From Candidatus Hydrogenedentota bacterium (GTDB lineage: Bacteria > Hydrogenedentota > Hydrogenedentia > Hydrogenedentales > JAJRTN01): DNA of 64,000 nt. The notes under the pieces are model-generated. The model saw only the letters and a program-made list of their open reading frames with translations. It was not told where the DNA came from and ran no database searches. Positions 36,821 to 46,252 of the stretch are shown piece by piece. The stretch covers positions 14,560 through 78,559 of the forward strand of contig JAJRTN010000045.1 in the NCBI GenBank assembly GCA_024278275.1. Direction: 5' to 3'. A program made the position numbers and the translations under genes. Positions within the stretch are counted from its first letter, which is position 1; every line of letters begins with the position of its first letter.

Positions 36821-38044
36821 TCACCCGATATTGCTGCTCATTTTCAAAATTGGCAACAAAATGGCCAATACGAGAAAACCCACGAAAAGGCCCATGACCA
36901 CGATGATGGCCGGCTCCAGGAGCCCCACCACGGCGTCGATGGTCAACCGCACATCGTCGTCGTAGGTGTCGGCCACGTGCATCAGCATGTCCTCGATCTC
37001 GCCGCTCCGCTGACCCAGGTCAACCATATGGAGGAGCATGGGCGGAAAAATCCCGGTCTCCCGCAGGGGTTCCGCGAGATCACGTCCACGGCGGACCCCC
37101 GCCTTCACGTCATCCATGTGCCCCTGTATATGGGCATTCTCAATGACTGATTTTACCACGTCGAGGGCGGGCAGCATGGTCAGGCCGCTTTGCAGCATGG
37201 TGCCCAGGGTGCGGGCGAAGCGCGCGCACACAAGCTTGAGATGCAGGTTGCCATAGATGGGAAAACGCAGCTTTACACGGTCCCACGTCTTGCGCCCCTT
37301 CTCCCGTGAAAGCCAAAAGCGCCACGACAGGTAACTTAGCAACACAGTCCCCAGGATAAGCCACCACCAATGTCCGATGAAGGCGCTGGTGCCCATGAGG
37401 ATTTTCGTCGCGAGTGGCAGTTCCGTGCCTTGCTTCTGAAAAATGCCGGTAATGCGCGGCACGATAACCATCATAAGGAAGATGATGACCCCCAGGGCGA
37501 AGATACACATGAAAACCGGGTAGGCCAGGCTCGACAGAATCTGCGACTTGAGCTTGGCCTGGTGTTCCAGGATGTCCGCCAAGCGCTTGAGCACGTCCTC
37601 CAGGGTGCCGCTCGCTTCGCCGGCGCGCACCATGTTCACGTAAAGGCTGGAAAAAACACGCGGATGCTCGGCCATGGCGTCGCCCAGATTTGAACCGCTG
37701 TTCACGCGGTCACGAATATCGTAGATGGTGGAACGGAGCCGGGGCTTGTTGGTCTGGTCGAGCAATGCCGCCAGCGCGCCCACCACGGGCATGCCCGCGC
37801 GGAGCAGGGTGGCGAGCTGGCGGGTCATCAACGCGAGATCCCGCGTGGAAATGCGCCCGCCCAGCCGTCGGCTCACGCCCTGCTCTTCCATCGCCGCGCC
37901 GGCGGTGGTCTCCCTGACGGAGGTGGGAAACAGCCCCTGGTCACGCAGCTTTTGGCGGGCCTGCACCGGACCGTCGGCATCCACCATGCCCTTGGTGGCT
38001 TTGCCCGTACCCTTTTCTATTGCTTTGTATTCGTAGACGGCCAT
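36821..38044 (-). CDS. gspF: Type II secretion system inner-membrane platform protein F (GspF)
   Basis: 407 aa. MAVYEYKAIEKGTGKATKGMVDADG… and a duplicated GspF/PilC domain organisation with 3 TM regions. Confidence 0.9.
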   Translation of the reverse strand: MAVYEYKAIEKGTGKATKGMVDADGPVQARQKLRDQGLFPTSVRETTAGAAMEEQGVSRRLGGRISTRDLALMTRQLATLLRAGMPVVGALAALLDQTNKPRLRSTIYDIRDRVNSGSNLGDAMAEHPRVFSSLYVNMVRAGEASGTLEDVLKRLADILEHQAKLKSQILSSLAYPVFMCIFALGVIIFLMMVIVPRITGIFQKQGTELPLATKILMGTSAFIGHWWWLILGTVLLSYLSWRFWLSREKGRKTWDRVKLRFPIYGNLHLKLVCARFARTLGTMLQSGLTMLPALDVVKSVIENAHIQGHMDDVKAGVRRGRDLAEPLRETGIFPPMLLHMVDLGQRSGEIEDMLMHVADTYDDDVRLTIDAVVGLLEPAIIVVMGLFVGFLVLAILLPILKMSSNIG

Positions 38045-38056
38045 GAGCGTGCGGCG

Positions 38057-39802
38057 CTACGCCTCCTCCACCACTTCCTCGACCGGATCGTCGCGGGTGA
38101 CGCGAACAATCTCCTCGAAGGTCGTCATGCCCCGCAGGGCCCGCTCCACGCCATCCTCGCGCAAGGTTCGCATACCGAGGCGCCGGGCCTCACGTTTGAT
38201 AACGTTGGAGTCCACATCGCGCAGGGCCAGGGCCTGGATACGCGGGCTCATGACCAGCAGTTCAAAGATGCCCGTCCGGCCCATGTACCCCCGTTGCGCG
38301 CACTGGTCGCATCCCACGGCGCGCCACAAACGGTGCGCGCGCGTGTCGTTGGCGTCAACGCCCAGCTCCGCCAGGTCCTCGGCGCGGGGCACGTATTCCT
38401 CGCGGCACTTCGGACAGATACGCCGCACCAGGCGCTGCGCCTGAATGGCGATGGTGGAGGACGTGACCAGGAAGGGCTCGATGCCCATGTTGACCAGGCG
38501 CGTCACCGCGCCCGCGCTGTCGTTGGTGTGAAGCGTCGAGAAGACGAGATGGCCCGTCAACGAGGCATGCACCGCCATATCCGCCGTCTCGTGGTCACGA
38601 ATCTCGCCGACCAGGATGATGTCAGGGTCCTGGCGCAAAATACTGCGCAGGCCCGATGCGAACGTGAGGCCTATCTTGGGCCGCACCTGGATCTGGCCGA
38701 TCCCGGCAATCTGGTATTCAATGGGGTCCTCTACGGTGATAATGTTCTTGTCGGGCGAGTTTACCTTCTGCAAGGCGGCGTAGAGCGTGGTGGATTTGCC
38801 GGAACCCGTGGGGCCGGTGACCAGGAAGATGCCGTGGGAGCTTTGCAGCAGTTTGTCCACGTGCGCGTGGACTTCTCCGTCCATGCCCAGCTTTTCGAGG
38901 GAGAAAAGGAAACTCCCTTTTTCAAGGATACGCATCACCACCCGTTCACCGTAGGCCGTGGGGATGATGGAAACGCGGATGTCGATCTCTTTGCCGCTCA
39001 GGCGAATCTTGATGCGACCGTCCTGGGGCAGGCGGTGTTCGGCGATATTCAGGTTCGCCATGATCTTCACGCGGGAAATGACGGCCGCCTGTTGACTGCG
39101 GGGCACGTCGAACTTCTCATAAAGCACACCGTCGATGCGGAAACGGATCCGGACCGTGTGCTCAAAAGGCTCGATGTGGATGTCGGAGGCGCGCTCCTTC
39201 ACCGCCCCGGTAATCAACAGGTTGATGAGCTTGATGATGGGCGCTTCGTTGGCCAGATCGAGAAGATCACGCTCGGATTCGATGTTCTCAAGCGTGTGAA
39301 TCGTCCCTTCATCGTCATCATCGGTCATGGTAATGCTGTCGATCATTTCGGCGGCATTCTCACCCTGCTGCTCGAAATAACTGTCAATGATCCGCTGGAT
39401 ATCGTCCTTCGGGCAGAGCACGGGAACCACCGGCCCGCCCAGCAGGAGGCGCAGGTCGTCAAGAGGCAGCAAGCTGACGGGGTCGTTCAACGCGACGTAG
39501 TAAGCGCTTCCGTTCTTGCGGAAAGGCACCATGTAGTATTCGCGAATGAAGTTGATGGGAACCTTGGTGGTGAGGGTCGGATCCACCTTATCTTCCAGGC
39601 TGGTCTCGACCGCGATGCTGAATTGCTCGCCCAACGCTTCGAGGATGTACATCTCATCCACATAGCCCAGCTCCATCAGCACCTCGCCCACGCGCTTGGG
39701 ACGAATCTTCTGCAATTCCAGGGCTTCCGTCACCTGCTCGGGATGGACATAGCCCTTCTCCAGCAGGATATCGCAAAGCTGTCGGTCCTGTGCCTTGGGC
39801 AT
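38057..39802 (-). CDS. gspE: Type II secretion system ATPase E (GspE)
   Basis: N-terminal GspE-N domain, Walker A GPTGSGKSTTLYAAL, Asp/His boxes, and the tetracysteine motif CPKC…CDQC. 581 aa. Confidence 0.95.
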   Translation of the reverse strand: MPKAQDRQLCDILLEKGYVHPEQVTEALELQKIRPKRVGEVLMELGYVDEMYILEALGEQFSIAVETSLEDKVDPTLTTKVPINFIREYYMVPFRKNGSAYYVALNDPVSLLPLDDLRLLLGGPVVPVLCPKDDIQRIIDSYFEQQGENAAEMIDSITMTDDDDEGTIHTLENIESERDLLDLANEAPIIKLINLLITGAVKERASDIHIEPFEHTVRIRFRIDGVLYEKFDVPRSQQAAVISRVKIMANLNIAEHRLPQDGRIKIRLSGKEIDIRVSIIPTAYGERVVMRILEKGSFLFSLEKLGMDGEVHAHVDKLLQSSHGIFLVTGPTGSGKSTTLYAALQKVNSPDKNIITVEDPIEYQIAGIGQIQVRPKIGLTFASGLRSILRQDPDIILVGEIRDHETADMAVHASLTGHLVFSTLHTNDSAGAVTRLVNMGIEPFLVTSSTIAIQAQRLVRRICPKCREEYVPRAEDLAELGVDANDTRAHRLWRAVGCDQCAQRGYMGRTGIFELLVMSPRIQALALRDVDSNVIKREARRLGMRTLREDGVERALRGMTTFEEIVRVTRDDPVEEVVEEA

Positions 39803-39804
39803 GC

Positions 39805-42336
39805 TTACCTCTTGATGTCGCCCTTGTGGAATCGGGTGTTGCCGCGCCGGCCCGTCAGTTCCTCCGACCGGGAAAGCGTGGGACGGCGCATGGTGCGATC
39901 CGCCTTTTTCTGCTTCACCCGTTTGAAGAAACCGCCCTGGAACATCTGCTCAAGGTTGTAGTCATGGTACTCGCCCACGGCGTGCTGGGTCAGGCGTTCA
40001 AGGTCGGTGCCTTCCTTGACAATGTGAGGGGTGACCAGAACCACCATGTTCTGACGAAGCCCGGACTTGCCCCGGCTGCCGAAAAGCCACCCGATGAGCG
40101 GAAGATCGCCGAGGATGGGCGCGGAGCTTTTGTTGCGGCTCACACTGTCTCGAATCAACCCCGCGATAACGGCGGTCTCTCCGTCCTTCACCCACACGAT
40201 GTTTTTCACGAGTGATTTGTTCGTGGTAGGCCCGAGAATGTTCGCGTCACCCACCGACTGCTCGGCATTGGCCACCTCCGAAACTTCCACGTTGAGATCA
40301 AGACGGACCTTCTCACCTTCGCTGATCTGGGGGGTCACGGTGAGCTGAATACCCACATCCTGGCGTTCCACGCGGGTGGTTCCAAAGTTCGAGCCGACCA
40401 GGTCGCCCGCATTGTTCACCGCCGGCCGGGAGGAACCCGTGACGAAAGGCACCTCCTGGCCCACGGAAATGGAGGCCTCCTCGTTATCAATAGTAACCAG
40501 GCTCGGCTGGGAGAGCACCTCCAGGTCGGTGAGTGTCTCCAGTGCCTGCATCAACACCGGCACATAGGGAACCTTTACGTCCTGGCCGTTTACGTTCAGC
40601 GTGATATCGTCGCGGACACCCACCGTCATGCCGCCGTTCGACCCCAATCCCAGAAGCCCCATGGCAAACTGTCCCCCCGCGGTGGCCAGGCTGGTGGCAT
40701 CCGCAAGCGGGCCATACAAGGAGGCAATGGTGGCGCTTCGTGTCAGGCCAAAGCCGTCGTTGCCGGTGACCCCCGCGGCGTTCACCTCGAGACTGAAACC
40801 GTCGGTAATGGTTACGCTCATCACCGTGGCCTCGACGTAAACCTGGCGGGGCGCCACGTCGAGGCGGGCGATAAAGGCTTCCAGCACGCGGTAATCCTGG
40901 GGAGAGGCCATGATGAGCAGAGAATTGGTCTGGTCGTAACGCGCGACGGAAACCTCCTGCTCGAAAGCCTGGATACCAGAGCCGGCCCCGCCGCCGGCAA
41001 CCTGCTGCACTCCACTGCGGGAGGCGGTCCCACCCCGGGACAGGGAGCTGCCCCGGCTGCTTCGGCGCCCGGCTCCACCCAGGATGGGCTGAAGAGCTTC
41101 CTCCACCTGCTCGGCATCGGCATTAAGCAGTTCGTAGATATGCAGGTTATTGGATTCAATGGGCGTGGGCGTATCGAGACGTTTGATGAGGTCGCGCACG
41201 CGCTCCATCATGCCTTCGCTTGCCACCACGATGAGGGCGTTGAGCCGCTCGTCCGGAACGATGCGCAAGGTCTCCTGGCGTTCACCTATAACCTGTGATG
41301 GCGCGGAACCGGGCACCGTGGGACGCACAGGACGCCGCGTCGTGCGCGTGGTCGGCGTGGGGCGCGGTCGGGATACGGCCGCGCCGGAGGCGGCGCCCGC
41401 TCCGTCATCCAGCAGCACCTGCTCGATCTGCATGGCCAGCGCATCGGCGCTGGCATACTTGATGATGAAAAACTCCATGTTCGTGTCGAGTCCGGGAATG
41501 TCCACCTCTTTCAGGAAGGCACGCACCCGCCGCAACCCATCGGCCGTATCCGTGATGAGAAGCATGTTGGTCGGCGCATAGGTGTCGATGCGGGAATTGG
41601 TCGAGGCCACCAGCTTGAGCGCACTCGACAGCTCCGCCGCGTCGGCGTATTGCACTTGCACCAGGTGGGTCGAATAGCCGTCAAAACTTTCCGGGATAAA
41701 GTCCAATCCCTTGTAGAGTTCGAGCTTGACTGAGCTGGTGGCATCCGCCGTGGCAACCACTTCGATAATGCGGCCATCCAGATTCTCGACCAGCGCGTAA
41801 CCGCGCCGGGCCAGAAGCGCTTCAAGCACCTCGTAAGCCATCTCCGGTGGAATCGCATCGTGCGTAATGAGGGTCACCGTGATCTGCTGCGCGCTGGGAT
41901 CCACGTCGAAGTTGCGCCCCGTAAGCATACCGATGCGCTTGATCACATCGTAGAGCGGAACGTCGGTGAAATCGAAATTGCTGGGCTCGCCCGGGGTACG
42001 GCCGTCCTTCTCGCCGTTAAAGGGTACCGAAATCCGCGGAGACGTGGACACGGGGGCGGCAGGCTTCGCGCCGGGAAGGGGGCGCCGCGTGGGCTTGGCG
42101 GCCGGACGTGGCCGGGGCGGCAGGGGCCGGGGCGACACCGGGGCGGGTTCCGCCTCCGCTTCGGCGTGGGCGTTGCCCCCGCTATTCTTCGCGGGAGCCA
42201 CGCTTTTCCCGGCTGGAGCCTCTTCCCGCGGCCAGGCGTGGGGCGCGCACAAAACGCCCCCTCCCAACACCAAGGCCAGACAAAGCAGTGTTTGTTTCAG
42301 CACGGCTAATCCTTCCAGCATGTGCCGCGTCACCAC
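39805..42336 (-). CDS. gspD: Type II secretion system secretin D (GspD) with Pro-rich N-terminal linker and C-terminal basic extension
   Basis: Signal peptide, N0-N3 domains, and the secretin domain …VPVLGDLPLIGWLFGSRGKSGLRQNMVVLVTPHIV…. 843 aa. Confidence 0.9.
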   Translation of the reverse strand: MVTRHMLEGLAVLKQTLLCLALVLGGGVLCAPHAWPREEAPAGKSVAPAKNSGGNAHAEAEAEPAPVSPRPLPPRPRPAAKPTRRPLPGAKPAAPVSTSPRISVPFNGEKDGRTPGEPSNFDFTDVPLYDVIKRIGMLTGRNFDVDPSAQQITVTLITHDAIPPEMAYEVLEALLARRGYALVENLDGRIIEVVATADATSSVKLELYKGLDFIPESFDGYSTHLVQVQYADAAELSSALKLVASTNSRIDTYAPTNMLLITDTADGLRRVRAFLKEVDIPGLDTNMEFFIIKYASADALAMQIEQVLLDDGAGAASGAAVSRPRPTPTTRTTRRPVRPTVPGSAPSQVIGERQETLRIVPDERLNALIVVASEGMMERVRDLIKRLDTPTPIESNNLHIYELLNADAEQVEEALQPILGGAGRRSSRGSSLSRGGTASRSGVQQVAGGGAGSGIQAFEQEVSVARYDQTNSLLIMASPQDYRVLEAFIARLDVAPRQVYVEATVMSVTITDGFSLEVNAAGVTGNDGFGLTRSATIASLYGPLADATSLATAGGQFAMGLLGLGSNGGMTVGVRDDITLNVNGQDVKVPYVPVLMQALETLTDLEVLSQPSLVTIDNEEASISVGQEVPFVTGSSRPAVNNAGDLVGSNFGTTRVERQDVGIQLTVTPQISEGEKVRLDLNVEVSEVANAEQSVGDANILGPTTNKSLVKNIVWVKDGETAVIAGLIRDSVSRNKSSAPILGDLPLIGWLFGSRGKSGLRQNMVVLVTPHIVKEGTDLERLTQHAVGEYHDYNLEQMFQGGFFKRVKQKKADRTMRRPTLSRSEELTGRRGNTRFHKGDIKR

Positions 42337-42380
42337 GCGGCGTATCGGCGCCGGTCCAGGACGTCTTGACGGTCCAAAAC

Positions 42381-43295
42381 CTAGCGCAGGTTGTAGGTGA
42401 TTATCCTCGGCTTGCCATTGCGAAGAATACCTATCCGGAACGACGACGCGTTCTGGTGCTTCTGTATAAGCTCCATGATCTTCGCTTGACTGTCGATTCG
42501 CTCATTGTTGACGGTCTGCAGAATGTCCCCGTCCTGAAGGCCGAGCTTCTTGGCCAAGGGATACCTGCCGATGTTGGCCGCCGTGACACCGGTCACGTTG
42601 CCCCGTGCGTCGCGCTTAATCACCGGCTTGATCTTGAGAAGTTCCGAGTAGTTGTTCACCAGCTCATCAGTAATCTCGGCCTTGCTGAGTTGGACTCGCT
42701 GCGTACTCCGGGTCGATGTTGAACTCGGCGGCTTGACCTTCGGCGCGGATGCAAAGCTTTCGCCATCGTCCATGCGCAACCGCTCCTGAACGGGCGGAGT
42801 TTTACGCTTGTTCAACAAGATAACCTGCCGCTTGTGAACTTCCGCCAAAACCACCTTGTCCACGACTTCCTCGCCCAGAAGAAAACTTTCCGGGTTGCCC
42901 CGGCGATCAAGATCCTGGATGAAGGCGCTCGCAAACAAATCGTCCTTGGAAAGGGCGATGGTGCCCATGAGGCGAAGGTTCAAATCCGTGTCGGGCAAAT
43001 CCTCCTGGACCGCCTGCACGGGCGGCGGAGGCGGCGCCTTGGACGGATCGAAGCGCCCGGCATCCCCGAACAGGCCATACTTGGTGATCACATCATAACT
43101 GGCCAGGGGACCCACCTCGGGCAAACGCATACCGCCGGCATCGGCGGGCGGCTCCGAACGTTCCTCCTGGGGCAAGGCGGCCTGGACAGGGTGCAAAAAC
43201 CGCATGACGAGTATACCGCCCATGGCCACGGCCGCCGCGGCCAAAGCCAAGTCCAACAGGATGAAGAATCGGCGTATCGCCAGGCCTCGAACCAT
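42381..43295 (-). CDS. gspC: Type II secretion system protein C (GspC)-like: TM + HR region + C-terminal PDZ domain
   Basis: TM FFILLDLALAAAAVAMGGILV. PDZ-like …GNVTGVTAANIGRYPLAKKLGLQDGDILQTVNNERIDSQAKIMELI…. First gene of the block. I prefer M65 of the ORF-track ORF (start about 43295). Alternative upstream starts are 43373 and 43487. Confidence 0.7.
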   Translation of the reverse strand: MVRGLAIRRFFILLDLALAAAAVAMGGILVMRFLHPVQAALPQEERSEPPADAGGMRLPEVGPLASYDVITKYGLFGDAGRFDPSKAPPPPPVQAVQEDLPDTDLNLRLMGTIALSKDDLFASAFIQDLDRRGNPESFLLGEEVVDKVVLAEVHKRQVILLNKRKTPPVQERLRMDDGESFASAPKVKPPSSTSTRSTQRVQLSKAEITDELVNNYSELLKIKPVIKRDARGNVTGVTAANIGRYPLAKKLGLQDGDILQTVNNERIDSQAKIMELIQKHQNASSFRIGILRNGKPRIITYNLR

Positions 43296-43654
43296 TGTTC
43301 TCTCTACTTCCGTAACGCGGCGCCGCTTGAAGTCAGGGTAACGCCGAAATATGGCGCACGAGTCATCGCCCATGGCCCTCGCCCCCGCACAAACCGTTCC
43401 ATGGCAACACGTTTGGGGTCTTCGTATGAACGTGTTGCCGCGGGATGAAGTTGACACAGGCAGGGGGCGTGCCCGCGTGGAACCCATCGCCCCGGCACTC
43501 CACCCCCGGACTGCCTTGGATTCAGGGGTCCGCCGCGGCCCACGGAGGACGGTTGCCGGGCCGACGCAAGTCTAGCGGATTACCACCCGGCAACGCAATG
43601 CCAAGCAAAACCGCGGCCCCTCTCCCCCGCCTCTTTGGAAGGGAATAGCAGAGG

Positions 43655-43700
43655 AAAAAAGTCCATCGACAAATAAATGCCGGGAGCACAGGCTCCCGGC
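43655..43700 (-). terminator. Rho-independent terminator after metzincin gene (9-bp GC stem, ACAG loop, U-rich tail on minus strand)
   Basis: Plus strand reads gaggaaaaaagtcc…gccgggagc-acag-gctcccggc. On the minus strand the hairpin is followed by auuuauuugucgauggacuuuuuu. Confidence 0.55.
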
Positions 43701-43729
43701 AAAGGCAGATCGGGATGAGATTGAGGGGG

Positions 43730-46153
43730 TCAACGCCGGGCGCGACGTTGCTCCCGGGCGATATGGCGGAGATAAGCCATGTATTCGCTGACCGTGACAG
43801 GCGTGGCGGCATCCACTTTGCCCGTGCCGGCTTTGCCGACAGCCGCTTCGGCCCGCTTCGCCTTGATTTTGGCGGCATCCTGTTTAAGGGCCATCGCACC
43901 GGTCTCGGTCCCCGCGCGCAGCACCTTATTACCCGTTTCGACATCGACGCTCACACGAAACACCCCGCGGGCGCCACCCAAAAGCCGCAGGGTCCCGTCG
44001 TCGGTTTCGCGAAGAAACAGGATCAATTCCTGGCCATCCTTGAGTGGAGCGGGCGCCGTGCTTACCCGCATTTCAAGGATACCGTACTTGCCGCCAAGGT
44101 AACTGAACTGGGTAAGACCCTCTTTATTGAGACGGCCCTTGGCCGTGTCCGTCACGCGAAGCGACACGTCGGTGTAGATGCGATTCTGATCAGTTCGGTG
44201 CGTGCTGACGGCCTCGACCACCCCGGAGACAATATGGGTCGCCTGCTGCGTGAGTTCCTCGCTGCTGATGTAGGCAAACGCGGCATGGGCCGCGGGCATG
44301 ACGCCGCCTGATGCGAGAAGGAACAGCAAGGCGGCCGTGGTGGCCACGAAACGGCGGCGAAGCCCCAGCATCAGGAGCAGAAGCGTACTCAGCGTGGCGA
44401 GGATGGTCAAACTGATCATGGTGATATGCTCCAGCACCCAGGCAACCCCCTGAACGCAGGTCCTGGCCGCTTCGAAGGCCCAGGCATGGCGCAGCAGGAA
44501 ACGCGCCATGGCGGGCGACATGCGGTAATAGGTATCCGCCACCATCGCCCCGGCCGCGGAGCTCAGGAGATAGCGGTCGCGGAAACCACGCAGGTTCTTC
44601 GACACGATCATCCCAACCGTGCCGCCGGTGTCCGTCCCCGTGCCGCCCGTGCCCTGGGTGATAACATTCAGGGGGCACACGTCATTGGGGTCGCCAAACA
44701 TGGGGGCATCGGGACGGATAATGGATTCAAGGGCCTTTCCGCTCGTGTAACTCACCAGCTTATTCCTGGAAAAATCCCAATACACGGGGGTTCCCGCGTC
44801 ATGATTCTCCACGTCTATGATATTGCCGCTCTCGTGGAATGTGGAAGAGAAGAAATCGATGTTGTAGGGCCCGCCGGTTCCGGTGTGCAAGGTGTCATGA
44901 TCCGCGGGAGTCCGGCCCTCGGGTGCCTGCCGGTCCAACCCCAACTGGTTCAGCGGATTACAGGTGAAGGTATAGGTCGGCGTGTAATGCTGCTGGGGTA
45001 TGCTCGAACCGGGCCGCTCAAACTGTTTCCACAGCCCCTTCAGTTCAAAGTTGCCGTTCTGCTCGGGAGAGGTCTGCGTTTCGTAGAGTCCCGTCATGGT
45101 GCTGAACATGGCCACGCGCTGGGCCTGCCGGGGATCGTCCCGATCTTCAATATCGGCCCATGCCACAATGTGCGCGCCCAGCAGCGGTTCGCTGGGGAAG
45201 TTGGTCCGCGTTTCCGTCCGCGCACGCTGATTCACATCGAACATGTTCGCCCAACCGCCCTCGCGGGGATAGAGATAGGTGAGTCCGGAGATGTCGTCGG
45301 GCGCCAGATCCGTCCCCCCGTCCCTCCGCTCGCCATGCTGATCCTCCACGTCAAAGGCGATGGGATACATGGTAGGGGTGACCCCGACCCAGTCCGCCAC
45401 GCCCTGCGGATTGGTGAACCAGAAAACTTCGCTTTCCACGAGCCCCGTTATACTGGTGGGATCGTTGGGATCGGCCAGCGTGGGCCGAAGGTTGTTGTTC
45501 GGCGGATGACCCAAGCCAAGAAAGTGGCCAATTTCGTGAACCAGGGTGGCCTTAAGGTCGATCAGCGGCTCCAGGCTGCCCGGCAACGGACGGTGGGCCA
45601 GTGCATCGACAACAATATCGATATCGATGATTTCGCCGGCGGTAACCCAGATAGCTTGCCCGTTGTTACCAACCAGCTCGCCCTCGGCCGTGGCCTGCAA
45701 GATGATGGTAACGCCCAGGATCCCCCCCCCCACGGAGCCCGCTTCAGGGTCGCCGGCACCCGCCATGAAAACACTCGGCAGAAAATCGACCGTGGGAGAC
45801 ACCGGAATGGGGTCCGAGAAAACGCGGCCGTCCTGGAAGGCCGCATAGGAGGTGGGGACATCCTCCCAAACCTGGAAAGATTCGTTGACGACATCGATCT
45901 CGTCATCCGTGAACCCAAAATCACCGCCCTCGATGAAAATCTCGATGCCTTCATCAGGACCCACTTCGCCATCGTTGTTGGTGTCGAACTGGCCGAAATC
46001 CCACTGCTGCAAGCGCAGGATGCCAAAATCGTCGAAGAAACCCAGCGGGTAAAAGGCCCACGCCGAGGGCGCCAGCGCCAGCACCAAAACCACGGCAATA
46101 ACCCCCACTCCCGTTTGACGTATGGTCGCGCTCACGTGTTGCTTTCCTTTCAT
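43730..46153 (-). CDS. Secreted metzincin-type zinc metalloprotease (HExxHxxGxxH + Met-turn), composite with two TM helices and a ~200-aa C-terminal domain
   Basis: Signal peptide MKGKQHVSATIRQTGVGVIAVVLVLALAPSAWA (ATG 46153). HEIGHFLGLGH…TMYP. Later ISLTILATLSTLLLLMLGLRRRF and VATTAALLFLLASGGVMPAAHA hydrophobic segments, then a C-terminal domain of unknown function. Confidence 0.75.
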   Translation of the reverse strand: MKGKQHVSATIRQTGVGVIAVVLVLALAPSAWAFYPLGFFDDFGILRLQQWDFGQFDTNNDGEVGPDEGIEIFIEGGDFGFTDDEIDVVNESFQVWEDVPTSYAAFQDGRVFSDPIPVSPTVDFLPSVFMAGAGDPEAGSVGGGILGVTIILQATAEGELVGNNGQAIWVTAGEIIDIDIVVDALAHRPLPGSLEPLIDLKATLVHEIGHFLGLGHPPNNNLRPTLADPNDPTSITGLVESEVFWFTNPQGVADWVGVTPTMYPIAFDVEDQHGERRDGGTDLAPDDISGLTYLYPREGGWANMFDVNQRARTETRTNFPSEPLLGAHIVAWADIEDRDDPRQAQRVAMFSTMTGLYETQTSPEQNGNFELKGLWKQFERPGSSIPQQHYTPTYTFTCNPLNQLGLDRQAPEGRTPADHDTLHTGTGGPYNIDFFSSTFHESGNIIDVENHDAGTPVYWDFSRNKLVSYTSGKALESIIRPDAPMFGDPNDVCPLNVITQGTGGTGTDTGGTVGMIVSKNLRGFRDRYLLSSAAGAMVADTYYRMSPAMARFLLRHAWAFEAARTCVQGVAWVLEHITMISLTILATLSTLLLLMLGLRRRFVATTAALLFLLASGGVMPAAHAAFAYISSEELTQQATHIVSGVVEAVSTHRTDQNRIYTDVSLRVTDTAKGRLNKEGLTQFSYLGGKYGILEMRVSTAPAPLKDGQELILFLRETDDGTLRLLGGARGVFRVSVDVETGNKVLRAGTETGAMALKQDAAKIKAKRAEAAVGKAGTGKVDAATPVTVSEYMAYLRHIAREQRRARR

Positions 46154-46252
46154 GGCACCCGGTCCTTCCGCCGGCCGGTCAGGCTGGTCTTGTCGCGAAG
46201 ATCCGCCCACGGACCGCCGAACGGCCCGCGGGCGAAGATCCACTATATCCGT

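Noticed and set aside
37952-39961. 669-aa plus-strand ORF opposite gspE/gspF
   Set aside because: Antisense to GspE, whose Walker A and tetracysteine motif are unambiguous.
43296-43654. Sigma70-like promoter for the gsp operon (TTGCTT-17-TGGTAAT on the minus strand)
   Set aside because: Poor match to consensus. I could not distinguish it from background, so it is not reported as a feature. The operon promoter probably lies here but is unresolved.
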